A stretch of DNA of 57,160 nucleotides. Origin: Amoeboaphelidium protococcarum X5. Lineage: Eukaryota > Fungi > Aphelidiomycota. The stretch is taken from positions 1 through 57,160 of the forward strand of contig JALDTO010000114.1 in assembly GCA_023515725.1 (NCBI GenBank). The letters are read 5' to 3'. The notes under the pieces are model-generated. The model was not told the DNA's origin. It saw only the letters and a program-made list of their open reading frames with translations, and did not search any database. How positions within the stretch are numbered: position 1 is the first letter of the stretch; each line of letters starts with the position of its first letter. Made by a program: the position numbers and the translations under genes. This document shows positions 12,536-25,909 of this stretch, piece after piece.

Positions 12536-15500
12536 TCACAAGTGAATGATCACAGTTGGAACTTCAACATCCTCACCGTTACGATCATCGCAGCAAATCT
12601 CACACACCAGAGACTTTGCATGAGCAGGCACCGGTTTCTTAGACACCGACTCAATCAAGTCAGTCATCTTCATCCCCAGCCTCTCATCCATCTTCTTCTT
12701 TGGCATGAAGAAGGAGAACAACATGGACGAGCCACTAGACAACATCGTAACACTCACTTCATGCTCCGTCTTGAAATAATCCAACAACTCCTTCAACGTG
12801 ACATTTCCCTTAACATCAAACTTGCTCCATAGAGTCCATTCCACTTCATGGTATTTGTATTTAGGAGCAGCAATAGGCTCACTGAATCCAAAGAAGGGCA
12901 GTGCCAAATTGACAAAGCCATTCTTATAATCTTCAATCTTGCGAGGATTAGCATAGTGAGAAAGCTTATCCTTCTACTAGCTGTTATCATACACAATCTT
13001 GAACAGCTCCAAACATACAAGACCAGTGACCAGAGCTGTCGTGGTGGCAATAGCTGGTATAATTTTACCAGCAATTCCTTTAGTCTTATGACGATCTGCA
13101 GGCTCAATCTTGTAATTCACGGCTCTCAGATTAGATGCAGCGGTAATAAAATCAATGTGGAAGTTGGAGTCGTCATCTTTCTCAAACTCTGCAAGCTACA
13201 CGTTCAGCTTTTGCAACTGATCCTTCTAAGGAAGAGAGCTGATCAACTAATCCAAATTCTCCCCAGTCTAAGCATCAGTGGCGGATCCATTTTACTAGGC
13301 CAACTCAGAGTCTTGCGTGGCAATCTTCACATTAGATTTAGGGGTGAAATCTGGCACAATAACATTGCTAGCAACTTTTTTGGCATACTCAGCATCTCGA
13401 TTAGCAGGCAAACCGTAATTAAAGGCGCGCAAATTGGCCGCACTCAGAATAAATTCCATGTGGAGCTTATTGTCGACATCAAACAACACTGGATCAGGTG
13501 CACGTTTAGGACCACTCCAGAACAGGGCGCCAGAAGAGGTGACAGAGTCCTTTGGGAAATTATACAACATCTACTGAATGCTATTATTGTAATACTCTTC
13601 AAACTTTAGTCTGGCCCAGCGGATACAATCATCAAACGTCGACGGCTTATCACTGGTCAAATTGCCACTCAGTGTCGTCAAGATGGCCTTTGCATTATGA
13701 CCACCCTTGATCGTGTCATCCACAAAATTATTCTCACTCAAGTACAACTTCATGTCCATAACATTGTCAGTAAACAACTCGACAAACTTATTACGCGACC
13801 ACTCAATCGTGTGCTCAATTGCATTCGGAAAGTTGTGGAGCGTGCACATAGGGATAGACTTCTCAGGCGGATCTTGAGAGGAAGAGTAGGACTCAGTCAT
13901 GTGAGGAATCACCACTTAAGTATTACCTTTAGTACCCAAAGTACCAGATTCCAGCAGAGGTTTTTGAAAGAAGACGCATCTTCTATCAACGTACTATCTT
14001 GCCTGAACATTATCCAATGCGTTCGTAACAAAGTCGAGGCTCTACCAGAATTAGTCATCGAATATATTCTCCGTCTCGACGCCAACTCGATCCTGCTTAG
14101 CAATAATCTTGCCTTTTAGATCCTTGTTCATGGCGCATACAGCCTCAGCAGCAGTTGTACTCTTAAACTTGCCAACATCACCAGCACGAAATAGAAACTG
14201 TCTGTTCAGATTACTCTTTTCAATAGTGTCCATATCAGTCACTTGGATGCAGCCATTTGGGCCAGTGGCAATGCCCATCATTGCCCAATTCTTTAGCATC
14301 TCACAGCCAATAGCACCAGATCCGACCAGAAAGATTTTCAAGTTACTGAGTCTATCGCAGAACTTCTTACCAAACACTGCAATCTAAGCATCATATCTGC
14401 TGTTCAGTGGCTAACAGTCCTATTCACTTGGCTCTTCTAAAGGCAACGATTCCAGAGAGTCAAAGTACAGATTCTGAAATAGAGGATGAAATTTACCACT
14501 CACAGCCTTCAGCACTTCCTATGCAACAAATCCGCCAATAACAGCCACCATAGGAGACAAGTCACCAGTGGCATGGAAAGACAGCTACGTAATCAACTTT
14601 CCATCCAATTCAATCTTGGCGTCAGATGCGAGCTTCTTAGCCAAAGCCACAACCTTCTGAGCATCTTCCACATTTCTAGGCTTAGGCAAGCGACCACCAT
14701 TCTGCTCAGCAAAGTGATGCAAAGCTTAAAATCCTACATGAAGTTGAGCAGGACGGTCAAATTTGGCAAAGTCTGTCACTAAAAACTCTGGATCTTTCAA
14801 TCTATCAGCCAGAGACTTGAAGTGCAGAGTCTTTGGCATCTTTACCTGGTGAAACTATCCACCAGACTTGTACGCACTTAAAGAATTAGTGTCTCCGATG
14901 CTAAAAGTATATGGGCCTAAAACTTTAACCTTTCTAGGCTCACAATCGTTCAACTCAGACATGCCGACAACCTCTTTGAAGGTGACGTAATCTCCATCTT
15001 CAAGGCCATGGCGACTTTCATCCAGACAAGTGACGACACCCTCAGCGTCTTATGACACACTGGCAATCATTCCATTCAGAGGCTGTTCACCAGTCACATC
15101 ACTAACGACAAAATTCTCGCCAAAGTCACAGAATGCAGAGGCGAATAGACCATGAAGTTCAGAGGATATAAAGCAAATGTTCTTCTTGTGAGTATAATCA
15201 TTAATTTCCAACTGCTACTTCAAAGGCAAGTTGGTACACACCACAACAGAGTACTTGTCCAGATCTTCGAGTTTCAACTTGCCTTGTAGCACATGCACAG
15301 GTACATACTAGTTCAACTGTGCCAACCTGTCTCTACACGCAGCAGCTCTCGGCTTACCCAAATCACTTTCACTCAGGTAGAACTGGGACGACAGATCTGC
15401 AATCACGGCAGGTTCATCATCGTGAATGGTCACGCTCTTCACACCGGCAAGTATAACATTCTTGGCTACATGATTGTATATAATATTATGATGAGATATA

Positions 15501-15683
15501 ATAGAATAAGTAAATAAAATACGTACCAATTTCAACACCGAGGCCCTTCATGCCGATGATGAGCACATTGGACTGGCTCATTCTCTTCATCGCTTCGTGA
15601 CCGAGAACGTACAACTATCTAGAGTATAGACCCTCATCAATCTACTACTGCTATTACTGAGTTTCGTGTCCCTTATAAGTCAT
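12536..15683 (-). CDS. UBA1: Ubiquitin-activating enzyme E1
   Basis: [21 protein letters not shown], intron 15466-15526, [31 protein letters not shown], active-site [10 protein letters not shown]-terminal UFD ending [15 protein letters not shown] 12536-12538. Confidence 0.97.
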
Positions 15684-16012
15684 TTTAAAATCAGCTGGTT
15701 TAAAGCGTAAGTTATTCTGACAAGCACAGACGTTTCGTAAAGAGTTGTGTAAAGTGAAGAGGAAAGAAAAGCTGTGAGGGAAATTGCGCGCGCGACGTTT
15801 CAGAACGACATCGAAGAAGAACGACAATCCACGGCTTGATGAGACAGATAGAAAGGGAAAAGCCGTACAAATAGAAGCGGTGTTATAATAATACTACGAA
15901 CAAGAAAAATATACTTAGAAGTAATAATGACGATTAAAGGGGATCAGCAAGTCTCTACTTCATTCGCGAAATCATATAAAATTTTACCGAGAGTACGTAA
16001 TAAATAAAATAC

Positions 16013-19000
16013 TCAATTCCAAACAGGAAGACCATTAGTCATCTTGTGAGGTTTCCTGTACTCACCGAGCAGAGCGTGGCTGAGCAGGGCAATCTCCTCA
16101 TGCTCATGCTGCTTCTTGTTACCGGTGGCGACTGCTCCGGTTGGCTCTCTGCCAGCATATACTGGACGCTTACCATTATGAGTCTTACTCTCGCGCATAG
16201 CCGTCTCTAATCTCGGGTCAACATAGTCCCATGATCCCATATTCATTGGCTCTTCTTGTGCCCACACAACTTGTGCATTTGGATACTTTTCGACTTGCTA
16301 CTTTACCAGATCAAATGGGAACGGAGATATCTGTTCGACGCGTACAATTGCCACATCGTCCATACCATTAGCTTCTCTAGTCTTACTCAGAGCGTAATAA
16401 ACTTGTCCAGTACAGAAGATCACTTTATTGACACGATCTTCAGCGCGCACTTAACCAGTTTCTGGAATAAGACGATCAAATCTAGTATTGCCAACCATAT
16501 CACTAAGGGGGCTCTTGCACAATGGATGACGCAGTAAAGACTTCGAGACCATAACCACCAGAGGTTTCCTAAATCCGCGATGCAACTGGCGACGCAAGGC
16601 ATGGAAGTAATTGGCAGGAGTCGAACAGTAGACCACTTGCATGTTACAATCCTGGATTTGGCGAGATTTTTCAGGGTCCATTGGTGGAAAGTATCCAGGC
16701 TTGTCATCACACAACTGCAAGAATCTCTCCAGTCTAGCACTACTGTGCTCTGGACCAGCACCATCAAATCCATGAGGCAGCAGAAGCGTCAATCCCGTAC
16801 GCTACAACCATTTCTTTTCACCGCTAGCAATAAACTGATCAATAATACACTGTGCATTATTGGAAAAATCACCAAACTGAGCCTCCCATAAGATTAAACT
16901 GTGAGGATTGACCAGACTGTAGCCAAGTTCAAAGCCCATGACACCGAATTCAGATAGAGAACTATTACAGACGGTCAACTAGGCCTGGTCATTACTCAAA
17001 TGGTTCAGCGGAATGTACTATTTCTCATTCTGCTGATCATGAAGTACAGCATGGCGATGACTAAAAGTACCTCTCTCCACATCCTGTCCACTCAGTCTAA
17101 CATGTTTTCCCTCGGCAAGTAAGGAACCGAACGCCATAGCCTCAGCAGTAGCCCAATCGACAGGCTCATTGGATTCCAGAGTCTTTCTTCTAGCCTTGAA
17201 AATTCTGTTCAACACCGGATGGACATTAAATCCCTAAGGAATATCACAGGTTGCCTTACCAATATGCATCAACTGCTCCATGCTAATACCAGTATCATGC
17301 GCTGGGAAAATCTTCTACTTCAAATCCTTAGGACTTGGCAAATCAGGCCAGTTGATGGACACCCACTCGGAACGACTCTGCTTGTATCCCTTACTCTTCT
17401 CATAGCTCTCCTCCAAGATCTACCACACACGCTTCTTCATAGATTCAATCTCATCCATGGTGAATGTCTTCTCAGCGATCAACTACTCGATGTACTTATC
17501 CAACACTGATTTCTACTCGGCAATCTTCTTGTACATTAGCGGCTATGTGAAGGATGGCTGATCAATCTCATTATGACCATACTTTCTGTAACAGACAATG
17601 TCAATAACGATATCCTTCTTATACTTTTGACGCCATTCTGAAGCCACCTGAGCACTAAAGACCACAGACTCAACATCATCGCCATTCACATGCAAAATAG
17701 GAGCATGCACAGTCTTGGCAACATCAGTACAGTACGGGGTGGATCTCGCAAAGCGCGGATCAGTAGTGAATCCAATCTGGTTATTAATCACAATATGGAC
17801 TGTACCTCCAGTGGCATAATTGGGCAAATCTGAGAAACCAAAAGTCTCATAAACGACACCCTGAGCAGCAAATGCGGCATCACCATGCAACAACAGGCCC
17901 ATTGTGCGATCCTTGTTCTCATCATTCTCATAAAACTGAGCTGCCGCAACCTTACCCAAAACAACAGGATTAGCAGCTTCCAGATGTGAAGGATTAGCAG
18001 CCAATGACAGATGGACACGTTTACCAGAAGGAGTTGGACGATCGTAATTCATTCCCAAATGATACTTGACATCACCACTTCCTTCCAATCCGGGCTCCAA
18101 ATTACCGCTAAACTCACTGAAAATGCTCTCATTTGGCTTCCTGACCACATTACTCAATACATTGAGTCTGCCACGATGTGCCATGCCCATTGCAACAGAG
18201 TTAACACCCAAATCCACGGATCTATCAATCAGCGCCTTCATACCGGGAATCAGAGCCTCACAACCTTCTAAACCAAATCTCTTCACCGACGGATACTTGG
18301 TGGCCACAAACTTTTCAAAAGAATCAGACCAAATCAGACGATCCAAGATCATAGACTTCTCCTCCTTGCTGAACTTGAATCTCTGTGGAACTTCCAGACG
18401 CTCTCTGATCCAGTCACACTGAGCACGATCAGGTATATGAGTGTACTCTACTCCGATGAAACCGCAATAGATATCTTTCAAAATTTGAATAATTTCTCTC
18501 AGCGTATACTTATCCTTCACATGTTTATAGTGAGGAAGCACACCCTGCCCGAGATGGAAAGTTCTATCAAGGTCCTGGTCGGTAAACCCATAGTACTAGT
18601 ACTCCAGTTCTGGAGGATGAGAGGACTCCAAATCTGGTTCCAATATTCCCAGCGGATCCAACTTTGCCAAATGATGACCACGTACTTGATAAGCTCTGAC
18701 CATAAGCTACACTTTCATATGATCCAGAATCTCAGACTGTGCACCGGCTGGCAATGCCTCAAGATTAGCAATGGCAGCACCTTCATGCTCAGCCATTTTT
18801 AAACTAGGCGGAGCTTGAAATGCAACTTTACTACTAGCGCCACTGTTCACATTACTAAAATACGACTACCAAGATACGTGAACAGACTTTGGATCCTTCT
18901 TCCATGCCTCGTACATCTACTCAATGTATGGCGTCACTGATCCGCCCAGAAAACCTTCACTGGCAGATGGAGGCTATTTAGTTCTATCATGAACACTTGA

Positions 19001-19081
19001 CTAGCTAGCAAGACATCTAGACTACTTGGACGTCTAAATCCGCAGCCCTCTTGATGTATTTCTTCTCCACAATCTCAACAT
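16013..19081 (-). CDS. KGD1: 2-oxoglutarate dehydrogenase E1, mitochondrial
   Basis: Arg-rich presequence [84 protein letters not shown]. 1023 codons, intronless. Confidence 0.97.
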
Positions 19082-19839
19082 TTATGCGTGGCCAGAAGTT
19101 ACCAAGTGATAAATTGATGATAAATATAAATGTTTTAAGACAGAATGATGAAAATGGAAAGAGTCGCGGTGTGAAAGAAACGAAAGAATTATTTCACACA
19201 CTACAGTGATGAATTTTGAGATTAACGGAACAGAACGACGTTAGAGTGAACGAACGGGCAGAGAGAGACAAAGGCATTTCTTTTCACATTCCACCACGAG
19301 AGAGGAAGACGACGCGTTTTGAGTGAGTGAGTGAGAGAAACTTTTGTCGCTCGGCCATTTGGGTTGATCTCTCTCTATCTCTCTCTCGTCTTTTGTGGAA
19401 AGGAGAAGTACTGTAGTTTCACTTAAAGACATTGATTACTGTATCAAATGCGTTGAACTCTGCTTTATTGATAACTGTTGTGGACTTGAATCTGCAAATA
19501 TTTTAAATTCTTCTGATGTTAGTTTTTACTTTTATAAAAAGCTGTAATTGGTCATCGATTTCACAGTGCACTGTGTAAAACTCCGCTCCAATTTTGTTTC
19601 TGTAGGATAAACTATATATCACATGTCCATATTCTAATTTTTTGAATGACCTTTTAACGGCTTTGTGAAAGAATAATGACGCGAATAGACGGGTAGTGTC
19701 ATTCCAATAACATTTCTTCCAGAGAGAAAGTTGAATGGAAGTGGATGATCATTTAGAACATTTTCTTTTCGTCGAATCTTCTTTACACCCCAGCTTAAAC
19801 ACTTCAATTGTTAACCTTTAAAAAATAGTACAATATATA

Positions 19840-20757
19840 ATGGACGCGGTGGAAGAGATTAAGAAGCCTAAAAAGACAGTGTCATTCTAGGATGATAGTG
19901 TGGTGGATAAAGATGCTGGTAAATAAGAATAGAGCACCGATGCTAGTAAGCCGGCGGTGGATGAAGAAGATCCGGCTGCCATGTTCGCCGGTCTTAAGAA
20001 GAAAAAGAAGAGCAGTAGTAAGAGAAAAGCTGCTGCTGCTGTCGCCGCTTCGGAGGATAATGATGATATGAGTAATCTGAGCTCTTAGGTGGACAATATG
20101 ACTGTAGATTCTCAGGGTTCATAGCCGCAGCAGGCGTAAGATGAAGAGGTGCTGGATTTCAGCAAGATGAAGAAGAAAAAGAAAAAATCCCGTTCTGATA
20201 CTCTGGGTGATGATAACGTGGTGGATCCGAATGAGAATCCGCTCATTGAGAGTGAAGACGCCTGGTAGAAGACGGATAGAGATTACACGTATCACGAACT
20301 GTTGGATCGCGTCTTTCGTATTATCAAGTAGCACAATCCAGATTTCGGCGGGTAGAGAAAGGGTATAGTGATGACTCAGCCGGACGTCTATAAGGAGGGA
20401 AGTAAGAAGACTGCATTCGCTAATATTGTCCCAATCTGTCAACAAATGGGTCGCCCTGTAGATCATTTAATTTCTTATCTTTACGCCGAGTTGGCCACCC
20501 AAGGATCGACTGATGGTTCGGGTAGATTGATTATCAAAGGTAGATTTCAGCAAGGATAGATTGAGAGCGTGTTGCGTAAGTACATTGTGGAGTACGTCCG
20601 ATGTTAGACTTGTAAGAGTGCCGACACTGTCATGGTGAAGGAGAATAGACTTGTCTTTGTACAGTGCAAAGCTTGCGGCAGTAGAAGGACTGTCAGTGCC
20701 ATCAAGGGTGGATTTAGAGCGTAGACCTCGAAGAGAAAGCTAATGCGCTAGCAGTGA
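19840..20757 (+). CDS. SUI3: Translation initiation factor eIF2 beta
   Basis: Poly-Lys boxes ([13 protein letters not shown]), [31 protein letters not shown]...IIKGRF, C2-C2 zinc finger. TGA 20755-20757. Confidence 0.95.
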
Positions 20758-20886
20758 TTATAAAAGATATTTGCATCTTTATATTACACTATTTTAAAGA
20801 ATTTATAATAAAGCAAATGTGGTACTTGAAAGCAAGATTATCTATTCCTTCACTGTTTTCTAAAACGCGCTTTGATGTTTGATGAA

Positions 20887-21966
20887 TCACACCTACCACA
20901 ATCTACGATTATCATTTTGAGCAATAGCAGAAGCAGATCTCAAAGGGAAGAGTTCTAAATGCATACGACGCTCCTCTTTGGTAGCCGTCCTGAGTGTACC
21001 ATCATTGTCACGGACCATCATGGCGCATTTCTCTTCCGCGTTGGCCCATCGCTGATTCTCCATCTATTTCAGCTCCTGGTCCGTGTGCTCAGTCAAAGTC
21101 TTTCTAGCAGAAGAGACGTAAGCCTGTACTTCAGTACCTGGTGATACATCGGCAATTATAAACTTCCATCTCAGATTGGTCTCTCGCGGGTTCTACTTCT
21201 CTATAATCTATACTGGCTCTTCAGGCTCTTGCGCGATACCGGACAGAGGTAGAATGTAATTACCATCTTTACGTCTAAGGAACCTGTCATTTCCCATCTT
21301 TTCCAATTACTTTGAGCTAATCAAAGACACATCCTATACTACTCCTGCCTTTATGGATTAAGACTATGATTTCCCTTTCTCGCTAGAACTATCATCATTG
21401 TCTTCATCAGAGGACATGACGAACAACGGGCGAGTATTGACGCGTTCATATTCGCGCAGATCCGGATGCTCCTTCAATCGAGGTTGATCGCCAACACCAA
21501 GCATTAGTTCCATCTTCTTGCTAAACGTCTTCTACAGCACGTATCCATTTGCAGCTTACTTCTTCTCTAGATGCTTCATGCGCAATATCGCTTCCACTCT
21601 GATTACAGATAGATCATACTTTAATGCCAATTTGCGCACTGGAGTCTGCAGTGGATTGGATGCAAAGTCCTGATAAATCGCCTCTTTCACCTTATCATCT
21701 ACCGGAGTCTCTGGTACAAACCATGGATTGCTTGGGAATGGACGCTTAGGGTGAAGCCAATTACGCGATGAAATCCTATTGTACTGTTAAGCCTCTGGAG
21801 AACTTAACCACTGATCAGCCTTCTATCGCCACTACTATCGACGTGATGGACGCGCTATCTGCTTCTTGGTCTCTTCTCCAGCACTTTATTTGCTACTTTA
21901 CTAGGCCGCAGCTGCTTTGGCGTATGTTCTTATCTAAATAACTGACGTGATTTTTTATCTAATCAT
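20887..21966 (-). CDS. Mitochondrial ribosomal small-subunit protein mS45 (Bot1/Mrps35 family)
   Basis: RPFPSNPWFVPETPVDDKVKEAIY...VRKLALKYDLSVIRVEAILRMKHLE resembles the Bot1/mS45 core. The N-terminus is presequence-like. 360 codons. Confidence 0.75.
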
Positions 21967-22088
21967 AGCTGTTTATTTTATATGTCGCTTAGTAAATCGC
22001 TCTGATGAAAACGAGAAGAGTTATCGCAATCCTTTAGGTGAAAAAAAAAATTTAGAGAGACGTTTTTTGAAATATATGTCTAATAGTA

Positions 22089-23627
22089 TCAATCTTACGT
22101 GAATAGCTCATATCTCTTCTAACACTCATCGCTGAAGGTAGCGGTACTTTTAATGGCGGACACTATCTTTTCAGACGGCTTCAGATTGTAACAACGAGGA
22201 TTGTCACTGGTCATCAAGTGATACATTTCATAGAGTTGAGTGACTTCATGCATAACGCGCGACTCTCTTCTCTAATTGTCGATGTGGTTCTGCTCCTTCT
22301 CAGCCTGGTCGATCATCATCTTCAACAACTTTCTCTAATCATCTGGTAGCAATCTCTTGGTCTCATTATCATTGGGCAGTGACGGTAACTCTGAAGTGAA
22401 GAACTGCGATTAAGGCTCTGGATTAAGCACAAATGGCATCTTCACATTGTAAAAGTAAAATCTAGGCGCTTACTTAAAAGGATAATCTTTTCTTGCAAGT
22501 CTCTTCTTTGTAGCAGACTACTGCAGTACAGGAGGCACAGGCAGCTCTTCAACAGCGGGTACATCAGCCAAATGTTGTTAATCTTACGACAATTACTGAA
22601 TCAACTCTGCCTGTCTAACCATTATCAGCTCAAATGAGGAAACCGATGGACTTAATTTGTACATATGCTTATTCTTCAGCATAGTATACGCAACTCCATT
22701 CAAATTCGATAGAACCAGCTTGCTGATAATCTAATCACTCAACGCGCGAGAAGGCTCTTGGAACTAATTGTTAATGTGACCCATACACAGCCAGCGCCAT
22801 CTCTCAACAGATGCAGGCAATATCTACGTCAAATCTTCCTGAGTTTTGCAAGCATCCACAATATGCACCAACAGTGATGAGTCAACAGGAGATTTCTAAT
22901 CAACAGCGGTAGAGGTAGACTCAACCTCCTCTGCTTATCCATTCAAATAATTGTTAAAATCTAAATCTCCAGATACCAGAAAAGGATTACAGTTCTCATG
23001 CAAGGACTTGGCAAGAAGATACGCCTCAGCACTCATCCCTTCAGATTGAGGTGGAAATTTTGGCGACTATCTCGCAAACTGATCGAATAACTTGATGGTC
23101 AATCCACCATAGGTCATTCTACGCGGCTACAATCCACCCATTCTTCTTTTCAGACCATTGCACCAGTATGCCCAAGAGTCAATGATACGCTCCTCAGTAG
23201 CAAATTCACTAGAAGGATCCAGTAAAGCGTGAGCTTATCTAAATTGGCGATACTTTGCCATCGCTTGCGGGGAAACCTTTCGAATAGGATCAAATCGACC
23301 GTGATCATCAACCTACTCTTTTAAAATAGCTGGATACACTGCTCTCTGTTTTAATTTCTCAGGTATCGCCTATTCTGCAATATCATTAACGGCCCCAGCT
23401 TATTTAGCCTTCAGCTACAGCGGATTATTGACAGACTTGAAGTTTCCAACCAGGCGCGTATCGTTCTCTAGCATTTACTGACGCGTCTCCAGGTACCAAT
23501 CCCGGGGACCAAAGAAGTTGGCTCTCAACTAGCGCTAGGTATATCTCTCCCTACCATCTTTAAAGTGCTTTGACGCGTAAACCGCTGTGGTGCCGCGTCT
23601 AAACTCTTTAGCAAATGTGGCCGTCAT
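22089..23627 (-). CDS. Hypothetical protein (512 aa), possibly mitochondrial
   Basis: 513-codon frame from ATG (MTATFAKEFRRGTTAVYASKH) to TGA, filling the space between two known genes. No confident family. Confidence 0.7.
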
Positions 23628-23799
23628 TTGTTAGTTAGCTGTACAGTATAGGCTGATCTTTGATGAAAGAGGTGAAAACATCCCGCGATTGACGCGCGTC
23701 AAATGTGAGCATAACAAGACAGAAAATTCAAGACAAAAAACAATAATTCAAATATCAGGTTATAAAATTCATTAGTTAAGATCTAATCAAGACTCAAAT

Positions 23800-24564
23800 T
23801 CATTTCTGGTCCAGAGGATTAGTGATCAGTTCAGTTGCCTGCCACAAATCAGGAGTCAGGTAAGCGTAGGTGTTCTTGATAGCCATGAAAGTAGCCTTCA
23901 AGAAGTTACCCTGAGTACGAGTACTTCCTCTAGCAGTGGTGTAACAATCCTGGATACCGGCAAACTGCAACAGCTTTTTAGCGGTAGGTGCAGCAACAAT
24001 ACTAGTACCTCTAGGAGCAGGCACCAGACGACACAGCACAGAACCACACTTTCCGGTAACCTTGGCAGGGACAGTGTGAGGATCACCCAGAATGGTACCC
24101 CAATAACCTCTACGCACAGGAACCACGGCCAGCTTAGCCAGGATGATAGCACCACGGATAGCGGTAGCGACTTCCTTTGCACACTTGACACCCAGACCGA
24201 CGTGACCGTTCATGTCACCGACAATGACGAATGCCTTGAAGCGGGTACGCTGACCAGCGGTGGTCTGCTTCTGAACAGGCATGATGGACATGACCTCATC
24301 CTTCAAGTTTGGCAAGAAGTGATCAATGATCTGGTATTCCTTGATAGGCAGAGAGAACAGGTACAGCTCCTCCAAAGAGCGAATCTTGCCCTCCTTCACC
24401 AGACGACCCAACTTGGTGACTGGAACCCATTCCTTGTCCTCACCATCCTTGCGACCACCACGTCCTCTACCGCGTCCGCCACGACCACCGCGACCTCTTC
24501 CACGACCAAATCCACCTTCACGTCTTCCACCTTCTTATCCGGCTGATGCTTAATTGTCGGCCAT
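23800..24564 (-). CDS. RPS2: 40S ribosomal protein S2 (uS5)
   Basis: RG-rich N-terminus, [50 protein letters not shown]. Confidence 0.98.
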
Positions 24565-24912
24565 ATTAATTTTAAATAATCAAACTCTGATTCTTACTTG
24601 GAAAAGGCCCTAAAGCGATGGAGAAATTTTGTTTGATCTAAGGTTGGAATCTTTATTTCAGGGAGTCGCTAAGGTTAACGCGCTTAAAAATCGAGTGACT
24701 ACTTGAGCCTACTACTAATACTGCAGAAGACGGTTGAGATCACCCATTTGGTATGCTTTTATATGCTCAATTACAGAAAATATTTAACACAAAAAATAGA
24801 GTCTAAATTTGATAAACATGAAATTATCTTGACCAGCTATTGCTAAGCTTTACTCTCTGCACATGTTGATTTGATTGATGAAGATCATAGCGATCACTTT
24901 AGTTTGGTTGAC

Positions 24913-25364
24913 TCATTCTGACTCAAACTGATCCGACGTAGGAAGCGTTTCAGCCATCCTGACTATTATACGTCTTTTCTTCATCTACGCACTCAAATTT
25001 AATCAAATTGTAATCTTAATAAACACAATGCTTGCAAGAATTAATTTATTGGCTACTCTGAGCAGGACCGGAAAGACATACATACCTGTTTCAGTTGTGA
25101 TGAATGGCCGAGCTCAAAGCTAAGCGGTGAAATCTCGAGTGAAACAAGACGAAGAAGATCAATTGCAGCAGGTGGAGTTTGAAGAAGCAAATGCGCGCGC
25201 GTAGATAATGATGGAGTTGCATAATGTACCGTCTTCGCTGTCTCTTGGTGACGCTGTTGTGCATTAAGCTGTTCTTAGCCATGATCAGTCGCCTGCGTCG
25301 CAATCATATGAAGACGTGGAGCGTTCGGATGAATTTGACTACGAATGATAATACTCTGTGCCAT
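24913..25364 (-). CDS. Hypothetical small protein (116 aa, two exons)
   Basis: ATG 25364, exon to 25086, intron 24985-25085 (CAG|GTATGT...GCGTAG), in-phase second exon to TGA 24913-24915. No homology recognised. Confidence 0.35.
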
Positions 25365-25909
25365 TGAATCATGTTTATTGCTCTGTACTGTTTATATAAA
25401 GTTGAATGTGTTTTGCATAATGCTTTTCATGTACTGTAATTATATCGTTTTGTCGTACTGTCTTCATTTAGATCACTTGAAACCTCCCAATATAAAGCAA
25501 AGGACACCAGCCATTGATTGAACTATAACAGTTTGTGTTTGCCAGTAAGTGATGCTTGAAGAGAATCATCCACAGTGATAAATAAAAGTGAAACAACGAC
25601 TGTTCCCAGCGCGATGATGGTAAACTGTGGATCTCACGGTGTGTCGATTAAGCCATCAGAGAAATAGCTGTTACAACTATTTATTCAGGCAGCACCACTT
25701 TACTGAACGTGCTTTCTAATAACATCGAGTTTAAACTAACTGTCTGAGTAAAATTGATCTGAGCAACTTAGTTCTCTCTCGGAAAACGCGATTAGTTCTT
25801 CTCCAGTGATATCTCGCGGCATAAAAAGCCGAGTTTTCTCTTCTTTGAAACAGACAGAATCGCGTCTAGTTTAAAAGGGAAATTCTATTATCACTTTTAA
25901 TAATACAGT

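Noticed and set aside
12491-18802. Many plus-strand ORFs in the supplied track (e.g. 12848-13609, 13697-14119, 18066-18422)
   Set aside because: They are antisense shadows of UBA1 and KGD1 with no independent protein signature. The same applies to shadows over RPS2, THOC2, MEF1 and SLY1.
19562-19575. 14-bp palindrome cacagtgcactgtg in the KGD1/eIF2-beta divergent promoter
   Set aside because: Palindromes of this length can occur by chance in 57 kb, and no second copy was seen.
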